From positions 310,001 to 374,000 of the forward strand of contig NMRA01000337.1 of the NCBI GenBank assembly GCA_002633005.1: DNA of 64,000 nt. Reading direction: 5' to 3'. The notes under the pieces are model-generated. The model did not search any database. It had not been told where the DNA came from and saw only the letters and a program-made list of their open reading frames with translations. This document shows, piece after piece, positions 1 through 15,200 of the stretch; position 1 is the stretch's first letter, and the number at the start of each line of letters is the position of its first letter. The stretch is from Phoronis australis (lineage: Eukaryota > Animalia > Phoronida). A program made the translations under genes and the position numbers.

Positions 1-133
1 AGCTACCCTTACATGTGTGGTAGAAAAGTGGTTTATGATTATAACAAGACATTCACAAAGAAAATTTACTAACAACATTACCATACCAGTCAAAACATAC
101 CGATACATAAAAAGCCCAGTCCATGTAAATTAC

Positions 134-251
134 CTGCAGTTGTTCGTTAATCTCGCGCTTCACAGCGTCCATCAAAGGACGTATCACAGGGTTAAGTTTG
201 TCTGGCAGACACTGTAAACTGACCAGCGCACCAGCTAAACTAGCTTGAACT
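134..251 (-). CDS. BTAF1: BTAF1 exon 20 ([39 protein letters not shown])
   Basis: CAG acceptor, CAG|GTAATT donor, conserved LPxKLNP motif. Confidence 0.93.
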
Positions 252-3200
252 CTGCAACAGAGTACAAACACTGTTGGACCATATGTACAGAGAGTAGATA
301 TCAACATCTCTTGGATAAAAGTGTACAGATGGCAAACAAGAACTAACCCCAGCTAGGAAAATATATTACCACATAAACTAATTTGAACCGTATAATGCAA
401 CAAACCAAAACAGTGAAAATATACAAACCAGATTTAAAAATATGGAAAATCCTAAATACCACTGTGTTCTTAAAACAAGCTTACTTTAACTAAGCAGCAA
501 TGTAAATCCACAGTCACATAGGCCCATAGACATCTTAATACTATAGACCGGGCGTATGCGCTACTGCAGCTGACAACTTGACGCCATATTGGAGAGTGTC
601 AGTAGTCACGACACGGCTAATTGCCGTGTAAACAAACGGGGTAAATTGCTCTTTTCAAAGCGCGATATCTAATGAATAAAGAGGTGGAAGAGTGTGATTT
701 TTTCCAGAAACATAAAAAATATGTGATGTCGCACTTACATAGTACGTTTTTTTAAGTGTCAATCAGTCAACAGGGAAAACATCAAACTAGTATATCGCAA
801 CCAGTGGCAGATTCTCAAATTGTCTGAGCGGCTGAATGCTTGTTATCCACTGTGAGCGTTTTATTTTTTTCGTTTTTTCAAGAGAAACCAGTAAGATCGC
901 GCAAATTTATTTCCTTAATTCGTGTTGCTCGATGCAAATACATTATATCCAGGAGATGTGCTGCTTACTTGGGATGTACTTTTGTTGTGCCCCAATAAGC
1001 CTTAGTTTTCAGTATTGAAAATGACCCCGGATAACTACGTTAAATTAAAATACGATCAATGTCGCATTTAATGGAGGGTCTAAATTTAATGTGAACTACT
1101 GTGAAAAATGACCTCATTGGAGTCATATAGATTAAGTTCATTAGAGCGTTCTCCTGTTCCGTGACTTTCCCGGACGTACAGTGATTGTGAGTGTGTGGTA
1201 GTCTTACCTTCGATTGTATAGTTGGGCGATTTTGGCGATTCAAAAAGTTTAAGCATGACCAGTATTTGATCGGGAATTCATAAATGTCATTGAATAATGT
1301 TCAAACATTTTATAACTAAACTGTTTCATAAAAATTGCCACTGGATGGCGCAAAAATGTACAATACATCCAAAAAACGAGAACATGCCATATTTTATAAA
1401 ATCTGTCAAGGAACTTCAAAGAAACAATGGAAAACAGAAAAAGAGCGCCGCGGAGTATTGAAATGCGCCCACGAATGCATCGCAGATGGCGCAAAATAGG
1501 TTGAATCTGTCTGAAATCCAAAAAATGTCATAGTTTCTTTAAAAGAAAGCCATTTACCAACTTAAATTAAAATTCCCCGAGGAACTTCAGAGAAACAGAG
1601 GAAAACAAAAAAAACGAAATTGCCACTAGGGGACACAGTGTTCATCGGATCCGTCTAAAAGTCGTCATCTTCTCATTTTAACTTCATATAAATACACGTG
1701 CTAAATTTGATAAAGATCCTGCAGAGGGCTTAGGAGACACAGGTATGAGTGCACAAAAAACCAAAACCGCCACTAGGAGGTGCCACAGTAGTCGAAGTCA
1801 TCAGAAAATCATCGGCAACAGTCCCCTTCATAGAAAGAACATACATGCCAACTTTCACAGTCATCCTTAGAGTGGTTTGGTTGACAGATGGACGAACGCC
1901 ACAAAACAGACTCAAAAACAACAAAAATGTCCACTAGGTGGAGCAAAAAACCTTGAACAAATCCGAAGATGAATGGCTAGCGTCACCTCACTAATGGATG
2001 TCTATGCCAAATTTTATGGAAATCAATTGAATACCTTTGAAGATACAGTGATAAACGTAAAAAACTAAAATTGCCACAAGGGGCACACCCCTACACCCAT
2101 CTGTCCGAAAGTCGTCGTTGTCTGTTGTCAACTGTATATAAATACATTTGCTAAATTTAATAAAGATCCTGTAGAGCGTGTAGGAGATACAGCAAAAACA
2201 AACAAAACTGCCACTAGGAGGCGCCACAGTAGTCAAAGTCATCGCAAAATCATCGTCAACTGTCTTCTTCATAGTAAGACCATGCATGCCAATTTTCACA
2301 ATCATCCTTAGAATGGTTTGGTTGTTAGAGGAGCGGACGCCAAAAAACGACTCGAAAATAGTAAAAATGGCCACTAGATGGCGCAAAAATTGGGAGTAAA
2401 ACGCTCGAAAAGACGAGTGAAAAAACAGAACTACACTTTAATGTGTACCATCCGACATAGGTCACACATCATAGGTCACATATCATTGCTTCAATGTGTA
2501 CCATCTGACATAGGTCACATATCATTGCTTCAATGTGTACCATCCGACATTAGTCACATATCATTGCTTCAATGTGTACCATCTGACATAGATCACATAT
2601 CATTGCTTCAATGTGTACCATCTGACATAGGTCACATATCATTGCTTCAATGTGTACCATTTGACATAGGTCACATATCATTGCTTCAATGTGTACCATC
2701 TGACATAGGTCACATATCATTGCTTCAATGTGTACCATCTGACATAGGTCACATATCATTGCTTCAATGTGTACCATCTGACATAGGTCACATATCATTG
2801 CTTCAATGTGTACCATCTGACATAGGTCACATATCATTGCTTCAATGTGTACCATCTGACATAGGTCACATTTCATTGCTTCAATGTGTACCATCTGACA
2901 TAGGTCACATATCATTGCTTCAATGTGTACCATCCGACATTAGTCACATATCATTGCTTCAATGTGTACCATCTGACATAGGTCATATATCATTGCTTCA
3001 ATGTGTACCATTTGACATAGGTCACATATCATTGCTTCAATGTGTACCATCTGACATAGGTCACATTTCATTGCTTCAATTTTCATCAAAGAAAGTCAAC
3101 TTGGACTTAAATGACAGGCGATTTTTTGGGACTGTAATTTAATCAACAAGTCTGAACCAGTGTTTCAAAAACCCAGTGGAACCACCGAGTCATATGCATA

Positions 3201-6200
3201 ACACGATGAACCTGTAAATATTAACAAATTTAACCATAACTATGAAAACAATGCAAACACCAGGTTGTTCAATTCACCTGATTGTCAGACATTGCTGTTG
3301 TTCATTAGTCTCGTGAGCAGTGGACAGCAGCTGCCTGCGCTTGTCTTCAACATTTGATAACATCTGTTTGGGTATACTGTTCTTGATGGAATCGCACACT
3401 TCAGTGCAAAGACCAATAGCTTGTTCCACAGTCAACACACATCTAGAAAATAAATCAAACATTCAAACTTCATGAATAAGAAATAACATGTAGTCAATAT
3501 CACAGTTATTTAGCATACAATATGAGAAAAAGTAATTCTTTTTTCTTATTAACTAGTTTCACTAGCTTACTTTTTTAAAAATAGCTTGATAAAAGCACCA
3601 CTTCATAACATCTTGATTACCAAAAAAGAAGTCGAATTATTCAAAAAATGAAGGTTTAATAGCAATTACTTTCATGCGAAATAATCGAAGTTACCTTAAG
3701 ATTATGATGGAATGGACCTTATTGATAGGTCTGAAGTTACCTTAAGGTTATGTAGGTCTGGACCTTATAAATAAGTCTGGAGTTACCTTAAGATTATGTA
3801 GGAATGGACCTTATCAATAAGTCTGTATTCAGCAAAATCTCTACACAAATAAAAAATTTACGTAGCAAAGTATAAATTTTATTTTTATTATTTACTTCAT
3901 TTCATTTTAGGCAAATTTTGATTTTTTCATAAAATCATAGAAAGTCCCATTTTTGACAGTACGTATGACAAAATTGTGTTTTGGAGCACAGTGTTAAGCA
4001 TACTAATCAGCATATCAAAGTTTCATGTGAATCTAATCAGCCATTTCTGATATGATGTTCTCAAGTTTGAACATTTTTCAAAGTTCCCACAAAACCTCAA
4101 TCAAGAAAAAATAGGGACAAAAGTGTCAGTTGTCAAGAACAGTTACAGAGAGAACAAGAATTAACAGTGCCAAAAAGTCAGGTTCACGAGCATCTATAGT
4201 TAACTCTGCTACGCAGACAGCGCACCTGACAGTTATCCGACAAAGTCGGTACCACCATGAACGTAACCTAAGATAATGCACCACAATTGTAAGGTGCCAG
4301 TAATGTAACTATATTCAATACAATCAGCAAGATAACAAGTACTGTGTGCTTAACTCTGACTCGTGGAGACAAAACATGTAACAGTACTAATATATCTTAA
4401 CACTATCAAAATTTACACACTAATGACTCATTGATCTGCGGGTACATGTCATGTAATCTCAAAGTGAATACAGCAGTAACTTAGAATTCATAAATTTCAA
4501 TTAAACCAGATTATACGTTATAGAAGGCAAAATTAAAGCTGTAGTTGATTTTATTTTTTCCTTTTCATACTGTCAACATAGGGATCTTAAAATCCTCAGC
4601 AGCGCCATCTGTGAAAAACATTACTTCATGTTTCGAGGTGAAACTCTTCATTTTTTAACATGGTGAGTTAGTGTTCCTAATTAGAAATGATAAAACCACG
4701 GACCGAGTGACATGCGTGGACAGAGTGACGCGCGTGGACTGAGTGACGTACACGGATTGTTTCAATGGGATGATTCACCACCGCTATGTTGATTTATTCT
4801 AGTTTCAAGTTGACACTTTCATATTGACCTTTCAAGTGTTGTGCCAGACTTTTGAACATCATACCACAACTGTGACTGTTTAATGACACCCAACGACTCA
4901 CCGTGGCGGGTAGTGTGAATCTGTAGCCACTCCACTGGCCTTCAGAAGTTCAATCAACTGCTTACACTCTGTCTGCATGCGGGTGAACAATGTAGCCACT
5001 TCATCAAAGTACACAGCTTCCTCAAGACAACTCAGTATCTTCGGGGCCACTGAACTCAGTTCTTGAACATTCTGCATACATAATTTGTACAATCAGAACT
5101 ATGCATAGACCAATGTGTATTGCGCATTAAGTACAAAGCAAATATGCAACATTATAACAACTTTATGTGATATTTCAATGTTTGACATAATCAGCCACCA
5201 AAGACTGTGAACATTCAAACCATTATCAACACAATTTGCAGTGAATTCATACATTCTGAGAAAAATGCATCATTCAAAATTGAGTATTGAACTGATGCCT
5301 TGAGTTTTGTGTTTTCGGTCAAAAATAGGAAATATGAAAGATAGAGCAGATTTTACCAGTTACATAATCACCTGAAATATATTCTTGGCAGCACTCGATT
5401 TGGCGACCTGCAGGTCCCAAAGCCACCTTAGATTGTATTTGGCGACCTGAAGTCATCACGACGAGCATCGAAGTCAGACAATAACTACACCTGAGTCTAT
5501 TTCAAAGTTCGTATTGACTTCAAAACTTTAAATTACCCACAGTTTTCCTAGATTAATTACCTTTGATTCACAATTGTTTTGTTTATTTCGTGAACTAAAG
5601 TAAAAAATTGAACAGTTAGCAGTCAGAATTGTTCGTCAAAAATCCAGCAAGATCGGCAAAATTCAAGCCACCAGCCCATGCAGTTGTCTACATTCTACAT
5701 TCGTTCATCGATGGGAGGAGTTGATGATTAACTTACCTGCGCTGACAAAGCCCAGTGATAGATGACTAGCGCAATGCACAGTCGTTGTACGGCTGATTTT
5801 GATGACAGATGAAAAATGACCAGTTTACACAATGACGCCGATGGCTGCTCGACACCGGCAGGTAAGTTAGCTTTACTTCTTGTTATGTAGTGACATAATG
5901 CTCCCAGCATCCTGAAATAGAAGGAATCACTGCTGAAGATAGGAAAAAGTGAGGGGAACCATATTTTCAAAACTGACAACATGAAATTGTACAAACGCTT
6001 TAAACCACAGAACACCAGGGATCAACCAGAAATAGCCTCTATGAGTTCAGGTCAGAATCTATTCTTGAATTTGCAGATATGCATTGCTTTTGGTGTTTAA
6101 ATATCCCCAAATTACAGAATTTCGACAAGAGTAATAAATGTGTCATCTCTTCTGTATGTCAGAAATTATGAGTGCAGCAAGGAACAAGTAGAGACCAGTG

Positions 6201-9200
6201 AACGTTTCCATAGAGACAAGCAAGTAGAGACCAGTGAATGTTTCCATAGAGACAAGCAAGTAGAGACCAGTGAATGTTTCCATAGAGACAAGCAAGTAGA
6301 GACCAGTGAATGTTTCCATACTTTTAGAGACAAGTAAGTAAAGACCAGTGAAAGTTTCCATAGAGACAAGCAAGTATAGACCAGTGAATGTTTCCATAAA
6401 AAATACAGCACCACAATAACAAAAATTGTGAATTCACACATAAAGAACAAAAATTATTAGCAAACGCATAATAGTTAATACAACTGTGAGATTAATCAGC
6501 AGAATTTTAATCCCTGTGGTGCAATTCCATGGCACAAATAAAAAGTCAGTAACAGTGAGTATGGCATGATACATCATACCCAGAGTACTAACATTGTTGA
6601 TAATATCACAAACTTGTGGTTATTAGTTCAATTTTGATGAAAGGCAACAGGTCAAGTGTAACTCCTCACTGGCACAGGACCAGACAAAAAACTCCAACTC
6701 TTGCTTATCCAAAATATGACAAAGTAATGGCACTCAGACTTTAAAACCTTATACTGTGATAACTACCGACCTGCCCATCAACATTCTAGCACTGATCACT
6801 CTTTTCTCTCTCTCAGTGGCTGGTCCACTGAGTAACTCTAGGCCACCTATAAACAGCTTCTGATCTTCAATTGATGGCCGACCTCTGTGACTTGTTGAAT
6901 CCTGTGGCATGGCAATGAAACAAGTTATCAGCTGTAATATGAAACAGACCAGGCACACACAAAAAGCACGTTATGAACAGTATTATGAAACAGACCAAGC
7001 ACACGCACTAAGAGGGATTTTCGCATTTAACAAAAAAATTTTATTGAGTATCATTTAAACATTTTGTTATCTTAAAGATACAGCCACGTGCATACACACA
7101 GACAAAAGCATGGAGATTTTGAGACATCATCTGTGTTATACACACTGAGCCAACAAACACATGACCATGTCCAAAAGGCTGCAGTATGGCCCAGTAAGAG
7201 TACAGAGCAGCCTTGTGTACCTAATTCCAATTTTTTATATGTTTAGAGAGATCATACTAGTTTCTGCGAGATATCACTATTACATGTGAAGCATGTGGAT
7301 CTGTCATTTACTTGCCAGTGCCTTGCAGTAGACAACAATCCCAATATGTAAACTACGGGTGTACCCTCCAGGTGTACACCAGTGCACACTCCAGGTGATT
7401 CACAATCATATACTGTGCACCATCTCAAACTATCACAAATTTCACTTGAATCAACACAGCTTCATTATAACAGATTAGTTTAAGCGTGGTGACATGACTT
7501 CAGGGGCCAAGGATGGCCCCAAGATCCACAATTTGAGTCAAACCCAAAATCCAACATCGGAGAGATAATGTTATAAACAAAATTCATATGAAGAACTGCA
7601 ACACACATTACCTTGACTTTATGAGATGTACTCATAAGTAAGTTCATATCGATAGGTACACTGACTGGCTGCATCATGAGACACAACCAAGCCCCTAACC
7701 ATGGATGACTAGCAGCAATTAAATGATCCACAGGACTCCTCTCCAATAGGACCAGCCAAACCTGCAACATATACATAACAGCAAATACTGACAATTCACC
7801 ATTTACAAAATTGATAACAACAAACACAGTGAAGAGTTGGTTCTAATCTGTACTCCAACTCATTGTGAAACCTCCGCTCATTGTTAAAAACCGCCTTCGT
7901 CAATTTCAATCTAGTAATCGATGCAATGGGCCAATATGAGTGGCCTGCGCATGTCTGGTACAACGTGAACAAGAATGCCTGCATTCAGCCAAGGTATAGT
8001 GTTTTCTTTAAAAAGCTGTTCAAAGGCATTTAAGTAAGGATTGAAACGCCAGAATTTGCCAACTGATGGGCAATAAAAACAAATAGTAGATAATTTTTGC
8101 TTGTCTCCCGTGAATTTCCTCTTTTGAAAGAGTGAGCAACTAAGACAACAACGCACCATCGACTCAATTTTCAAGAAAACAAAGATCAGGACCAACTGAT
8201 GCATTTTAACCGTCCCTGTTGGAACACACTGTAGAGATAATGACCCTCAGTTGAAGTGATATCCACTGAAGAGATCGGGAGTACAATATATGCCAAGTTC
8301 AGCTCAGAGTACATTACAGTTGGTAGCAATGTATGTAAATTAAAGTTTTGAAATCAATCGCCTGATTTTGTATCCACGGCAAGACCCCAACAACACCAAT
8401 GACAGCAATGCAAGCAAAAATTTGATTTCAACCACAAACTTATAAAGATTGTTAAATAAAAAGGTCCCAATTACCTTGTGTATCAGAGTCAGGAGGTCAG
8501 GATCAGTCTCCAGCAGAGCCCTCTGTATTAGCAGTCGTAAAGCGTCCTGTAGTATTGCTAATAACCATGGGCACTCGGGTGGCTGGTGGGACAAGATGGA
8601 AGAAGATGATGTAAGCAATGGGCTGTTTTACTGTTAGAGAATTGTGGGATATATAAGCTCCACCTGTTGGTTGCAAATGTAGATGTACATTCTCAGGTTT
8701 CATTGGTTGGTTTCATTTTACTAGTTGGCAAACAGATGTCCCACAATCCACAGCAGATTAACAACAAAATTCTTACTACAAAAAGATCAATGTAAAAATC
8801 CCTTGTGAAATGGCATTAAGGAGAGACCAAACAGAACATGAATGTATCAGGAGAACCTAAATAATACTAATACTAAAAGAGACCCCACGCTAGCTTTATC
8901 CTGATGCAGGCAGTTGAGACAATGCTTGATATCTTTGAAACCCTCGAATTACATATATACCATAGATCAACAGATCTGAATTAACTTTCAAACTATGTCA
9001 TAAACATTCAATTGTTATAACCTCAAAAAGCTCAAAATTCTCTCAACAATGCCACACGTCAAGTCAACGTTCACATGGAATCCTTCTCCTACAAACTCCC
9101 CCACTGAGATATCTGTTCTCTTCACATAGCTTTTTTCTTTACCACAACCATATGAAGAGCTTACTTAATAACAACTGGCTTTTGTGAAGTTCTTTTGGTT

Positions 9201-12200
9201 GCGACCAAAATAGCGACCAACTGAAGAAAAGTATCCATAATTCAAAGTTTACACTGCTCTCAATAACACACTGTTTTATTATTTTCAACACAATTTTCCA
9301 TGAACAAATATAACAGCTATTTCACAAGAGTAATTTCGCTATAAAAACCAGATGCAATAATTTTTTTGCTAGTAACAAATATAGCTGAATGCATGAACTT
9401 GAGAAACAAGTCACAAACTGAATGTGTTTATTCATCTTATGAAATTTTCCATGACTTGTGTTCACCATATGTGGAAAGTATTGCAGTCGTTTCCTGGTTT
9501 TCCATAATTAATAATAACTGTGAATTCAGTAACAAGATCATCCAAAAGGCGGAGATACCATACCTCAGACGAGATGTTAGTGAGAAGAGTTTTAAATGTC
9601 GACAGAGAGGCGCGTCTCACTGAGGTAATGTTGTGACGGAAAAATGGCCACAGTCGAGGAACCAGCTCAGACAGGGGTACGGTGGATCTGCATTAAAACA
9701 TGGTCAGAATTAGGGATACAGTAAAAATTTTCAATTTGGGATAAAAATAATTAACATTGTCATATTTTTATTGTTCAGAGTCATACCACATCATTGCAAA
9801 TGGTCAATATTTTAAAAAACGTTTGGTACTAGCTGCACAAACCATGCTAAAAGCAAACTTAAAGTAAATTTTCCTGAAACATGATTTTTGGTGACGTGTT
9901 TGACAAAATGAAATTTCACCTGTTTGTCATATTGCATCCCGAACTGAAGAATGTTAACCACAAAAGCTAGATGTCATCCTTCAAAACACAATCATACAAC
10001 TGACATCCTGAGCAGTTAAAGTAAATTTAAGTAGAGCTGCCATTGAGACAGAAACAGATTTTAAAGAACTATTCCACAAATTTTCAATACATTAACTCAG
10101 AACATACGAACAAAGTGTGAAACGCAGTGTATTAAGTCAATAAGTTTAATATGTTTTTTCTTCAAATTTTCTTTTTTCTTATCAACCAATTGAAATCCAA
10201 CCTACTGGGCAGTGAGCCTCATATATCATATCTATACTAAATGTAAACCTCTAGGGCCTATTTGCACCAACTTCTAGGGCCCATTTTCACCAACCTCTAG
10301 GGCCCATTTGCAAAAACCTCTAGGGCCCATTTGCACCAAACTCAAGAGCCAATTTAAAGCAAACCCTGGGCTGTTTACAACAACACCTCTAGAGCCTATT
10401 TACACCAACCTCTAGAGCCTATTTACACCAACCTCTGGCCTGTTTACAACAACATCTCTAGAGCCTATTTACATTTTCAAGACGTTTCGGCTGGTCATTT
10501 CTTCAGCCACCTAGCACGGATATCACGTACTGTCATGGGGGACACTTAGATATCTTGTACACTCATGGGCGAGGCACTAAGAATGCACTATCCCAAGTGC
10601 ATGGCAGGATTTACACCACGGAACTTTCAGTTGTGATCCAAGCACTTTAACCACTAGATGACTGAGTCACCATTAACATAAAGGTAGTATGCTACAATCA
10701 TATCCTCTTTTAGAAATGATATTACATCACCACCTCAAAGAAGTTTGAGAAGTCATTATGGCAAGTAATTCTGTTCCAAATGACTTCAGCTAAAACAGGT
10801 AAAAATTAGATGTAATACATACACACAGGTAGAAAGTCCACTGGTACACGACACAAATGCCGATAGTAAAGTCATTATGCTGTTGGTGGAGGCGGTCAAA
10901 TCATCCAGTTCCAGTAAACAGTCCCAGAGACACCGTACAATGTTAGGCACCTGCAAGTCACAACCACTAAGAGATCAGATTAAGAACGAAACACTCACAA
11001 TCAAGGCTAATTATTTCACGCACAGTAAAAATTAAAAATAAGGGCAATGGGCACGTGCTGACTCCTGTCATGACAATAGACAAAGGGGTGCAACAAAAAC
11101 ACTGTATTATTTACTCTTGTCATGGACATTGCCAGGACATTATTGAACCATCACCTGGCAATTTATCAGGAAAAGATATATTATTGGATGTTCAGAAGAC
11201 TAAGTGGATAAAGCACTAGCTATTCAATCACAAGGTCATGACCTCAATTTTCAACATGATGAGCAGTTTCAGATCATCAACTAGATTTATGTTCACATTT
11301 TAGAGCGCACCATTTCATCACTGAGTCTGATCCTAGCCTTAAGGAGAATGCCACCCAAAAAACAGCCTATTTTGTATCAATTTTGATAGGGTAGTTGTAC
11401 TCGATAACGGCAGGTTCGGTTGTTTTACCTGAAACCTAACGGCAGACCGAGGTGTGGAAATTAACCAATGACGCAATCGATTCGAACGCAGTCTGTTCAG
11501 CCGTTCACAACACGCTTACCGGTGTCAACTTAATGCTTGAATTCATCATTTTACAGCAATAAATTATCAAAATTCGATTTAAACCCCTTACAAATACATC
11601 GAGTTCTAGAACAAACGTGTTGTTTTATTTCACTGTTACGGTTTTATAGGTATCTGAACGTACCGTAGCCTACAGAGTTCGATAGGCTAATTTATCATGG
11701 TTGATCGTGGGAGTTTGGGTCTGTTTAGAGAAAAATTCGAATCATTCTTCTGTGAAATACAGACGGGTGAACATAGCTGTGTGTTATACTTTTAGGCTTG
11801 CGATTTTTCAGTTCTAAACACACAAAACGCTTGTTATTCCTCGCCATTGGCTCGGAACCCGATCAGGCCGGTCGCGGCTGCCGGGACTGGACATCACGAA
11901 CACAGATCAGCTTAAGTTGGAAAGTAAACCTCCAGTCATGAAAAAGACTATACTAGTGAGCCAAAGAAATAATGTCCACTTAATTATTTAGGCGAATTAG
12001 CCAAAAAAATGAAAATCAACATACTTGTTGAGGGCTGCGAAGTCAGGTTCTCCTTCCACAGAACGGTCAGGGCAAAGGTTGTGCAGTAACAATGATTTGA
12101 ATAATGTATTTGAATATCTAAATAAAGATTCCCCTAACATGTGACTATAGCATATAAAATCGAGTTATTGTTTCACAACAGCTTTCTGTCAGCAAGCACT

Positions 12201-15200
12201 GAATTAGCATGCGCTCACATGGCCTCGGTGCCAGGTCAATTACTTTTATTGCATCTAAAGCCGGTAACGCAGTGGTTTATTCATTGCTGGCTTCTCAAAA
12301 CATTTGCACTCACGAATACTCCACAGGCATTACAAATTGTATCTAATGAGACAGACTTTGTTTCAGTTTTATATAAGCATTGATTATTGTGAGAATAATT
12401 CATTTTGAAACAGAACGCAGAATAATAAACGTATACAAGGCAACTCGCCCGGCGCCAATCCCGACTTAGTCGAGAGCTCATCCGACGAAGACTTCACGGG
12501 TCGCATCGTTAGGTTTTACAGGCTATCAGTTCGAAAGCACTGATAAAAAAATACTAGAGAGGTGCCGTGAACATGAACAGGCAATGGAACGTATGGGTAG
12601 TTCTTTGGTAAGCTGGAATTCGTCAAAGATATCACAGCCCAACAGGGATTTCTCTGACAAAATGCCGTCCACGGAGATGTTTCACGGCCTCATACTTACT
12701 ATTAACAGCGTACTTTTCATTTTTCACTATCGTGAGCCACTTCCTAAGCATTTCGGGCTTTCGAGGAAGTCGAGAAAACTATATGCCTGCTTTCTTCGCA
12801 ACTTCATAGCTCGGACAAGCGAGAACGATGCGCCGCAATAAAGCGGCATTCACTCTGCAGATGAACCACTGATGTCGCTGCGTCGTTTCTCACCTTCCTC
12901 ACACGTTAACCAGACACCTCTCGGCAAGGTGGGGTCGATCGTATAAGAGGTGATGTGGATATAGACCGATTAAAACGGTAAAAAGATGAATTAAATCGGG
13001 CTGCACTCTCCTTTAGTGAGCGAAAAATGTCTAAAGCCACTTGGCAACATAATCGCACACCCATCGTAAATCATGGGCATATTTCAATTCATATGAGGTT
13101 GGTAACTGGAAAGCATAGAGTCAACGTGGGGATTATTATTTAGTTAACAAGACTGTTGCCTGAGATGGTACTTGATAACTTGTTGAGCCAGACTGATGGC
13201 AGTACTTACAGCCTCTGAGGGAACTTGGCCTGTGACAGGGATGAGAGCTGCAGCTGCCACGGAGCACACATCATCCACACTATCCTGTAGGCCAGAGAAT
13301 ACATAGGGCAGGACACTGGACACCAGCTGACCACTCATGTCCTGCAATGTAGTGACCAGAACTTACACTCAAGTAGGCTTTGCAATGGGAGACTTTCGAA
13401 TACCAACTTGGTGACTGGTCATGTGGGACCAGATACCAATGGCCTTTAAAGGATGAGAAGGTATTTTGAAACTTTTGTTTAAAACACAGCACGTCTAATC
13501 ACAGACATCGTAAAAGTGCGTTTTCACAAAGCCTAACTGTTCCCCTATACCACCCACGGTGAAGACGAAGTACCTCCTACAGCTAGGTGGCAATATGAGT
13601 CAAAAGTTCAGCGTGATCAGTCCCCATTGCTTCCAGAAAGTCTCTCATTAAACTCTACACCGTACACAAACAAATGTATAACAGAGACCTTTCCCAAGAA
13701 CCCAGTGAGTTACAAAAATAAATGTATAACAGAGACCTTTCCCAAGAACCCAATGAGTTACACAAATAAATGTATAACGGAGACCTTTCCCAAGAACCCA
13801 ATGAATTACACAAATAAAATTATGTATAACAAAGATCTTTCCCAAGAACCCAATGAGTTACACGTCAAATAAATGTATAGCAGAGACCTTTCCCAAGAAC
13901 CAAATGAGTTACAAAAAACAAACAATCAAGTTTGAATACAGCGAGCAGCCTGTGTACAGCTAGTGTACCTTTTGAAAGGGCCATGTTCATACTACCCATG
14001 ATTTATGGCAACCTTTCATGAAAATGAACACTAAATTTGACTGGTAAAGTCACCAGCCTCGATTTCATTTAATTTCAATGAATGTCTGTAACTTCAGTGA
14101 ATGGCTGGAAGCCAATGTCAAGAATCAGCGTTTTCTTAAAAAACCACACTCGATTTTGCTGTTCTATAACTCTGGTCGAAGCAAATAACTGCACGCCGGA
14201 AAACAAATGGCCATGACTTGAGGAGTTAACAAAGGTTAGGTGAAATGTGAAACAGTGGGACTTACTAATCTGACTGCCAACATGTACTTTATGCCCAATA
14301 ATCCTCCATGTCTGACCTCCCACTGTTGTTGTTTTAACAACTCCAGAAGTATGCCCAGTACATCTTGAACACTCTCCAGGCTCATCAATGACAAAGCAAC
14401 GCCCAGCGTCTGGGCACAGGTCTCGCGGACAGGCGCCACCACCTGCAATAAAGCACGTGGCAACTCAGGGCACTCAAGCTTCACACGTGGCAGACACAAA
14501 GTAACAGTCCACAAGTGGAAGGTTGAAGACAAGGAAGTGAGCGCCTAATGCTGAAATCTGATGATGTTTGCCTTTACACAGTGAACATGGTCTGTTTAAT
14601 GAAAAGTGACTTAAGATTTAAGACAGTTCTCACTTCACAACTGATGAAAAAAGGTTTAGCCAGGTCATTATGAATTAATCACAATTTAGAAATAAATTGT
14701 AGAAATTATGAGAGTAACTACAACTTATGTTTATCCCATACGCGTAGAATCAGTCGAGGGAAATACAGCCATGTAATGTTTTCCGTATTCACCTCCCGCA
14801 CTACTTCTAAAAGCGACCTCTGACTTGGAAAGTTCAAAAGGTAGGTAAATGTCGACTCGACGTCGATAGCTGGTTCGATCATCAAACTTTCGGAAAATAG
14901 TTTAAAGTAATGCAACTGCAACAGTGTGAGTAACTCTTAACATGCACTATCAGGTGTCAGTCATAACATCCAACACAGGACTGTTAATTACCGGGTATAT
15001 GACAGTTCTGTCTCAGTTTTCAATTGCTAATATTATGTCGTCTGTAACTCAGGCGCCGATTCCTCGGTAACTACAGCATGAAACATTGTTGTTACTTATA
15101 GTCAGGTTCACTATGTCCAAATTTTGACATTCGTTGGAATTTTTTGGGGAAAGTGTATACATTTTTGGAAACCTTATGGAATGACGAATCAGAAAATAAT

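Noticed and set aside
520-1250. CpG-rich tract suggesting a promoter or transposon
   Set aside because: No matching termini, ORF or splice structure found; probably a transposon fragment but not supportable.
2378-3142. 254-aa ORF with [13 protein letters not shown] repeats and its antisense counterpart
   Set aside because: Translation of a 39-bp intronic minisatellite; unit length divisible by 3, no gene context.
6140-6450. Three overlapping repetitive ORFs
   Set aside because: Artefacts of a 36-bp minisatellite.
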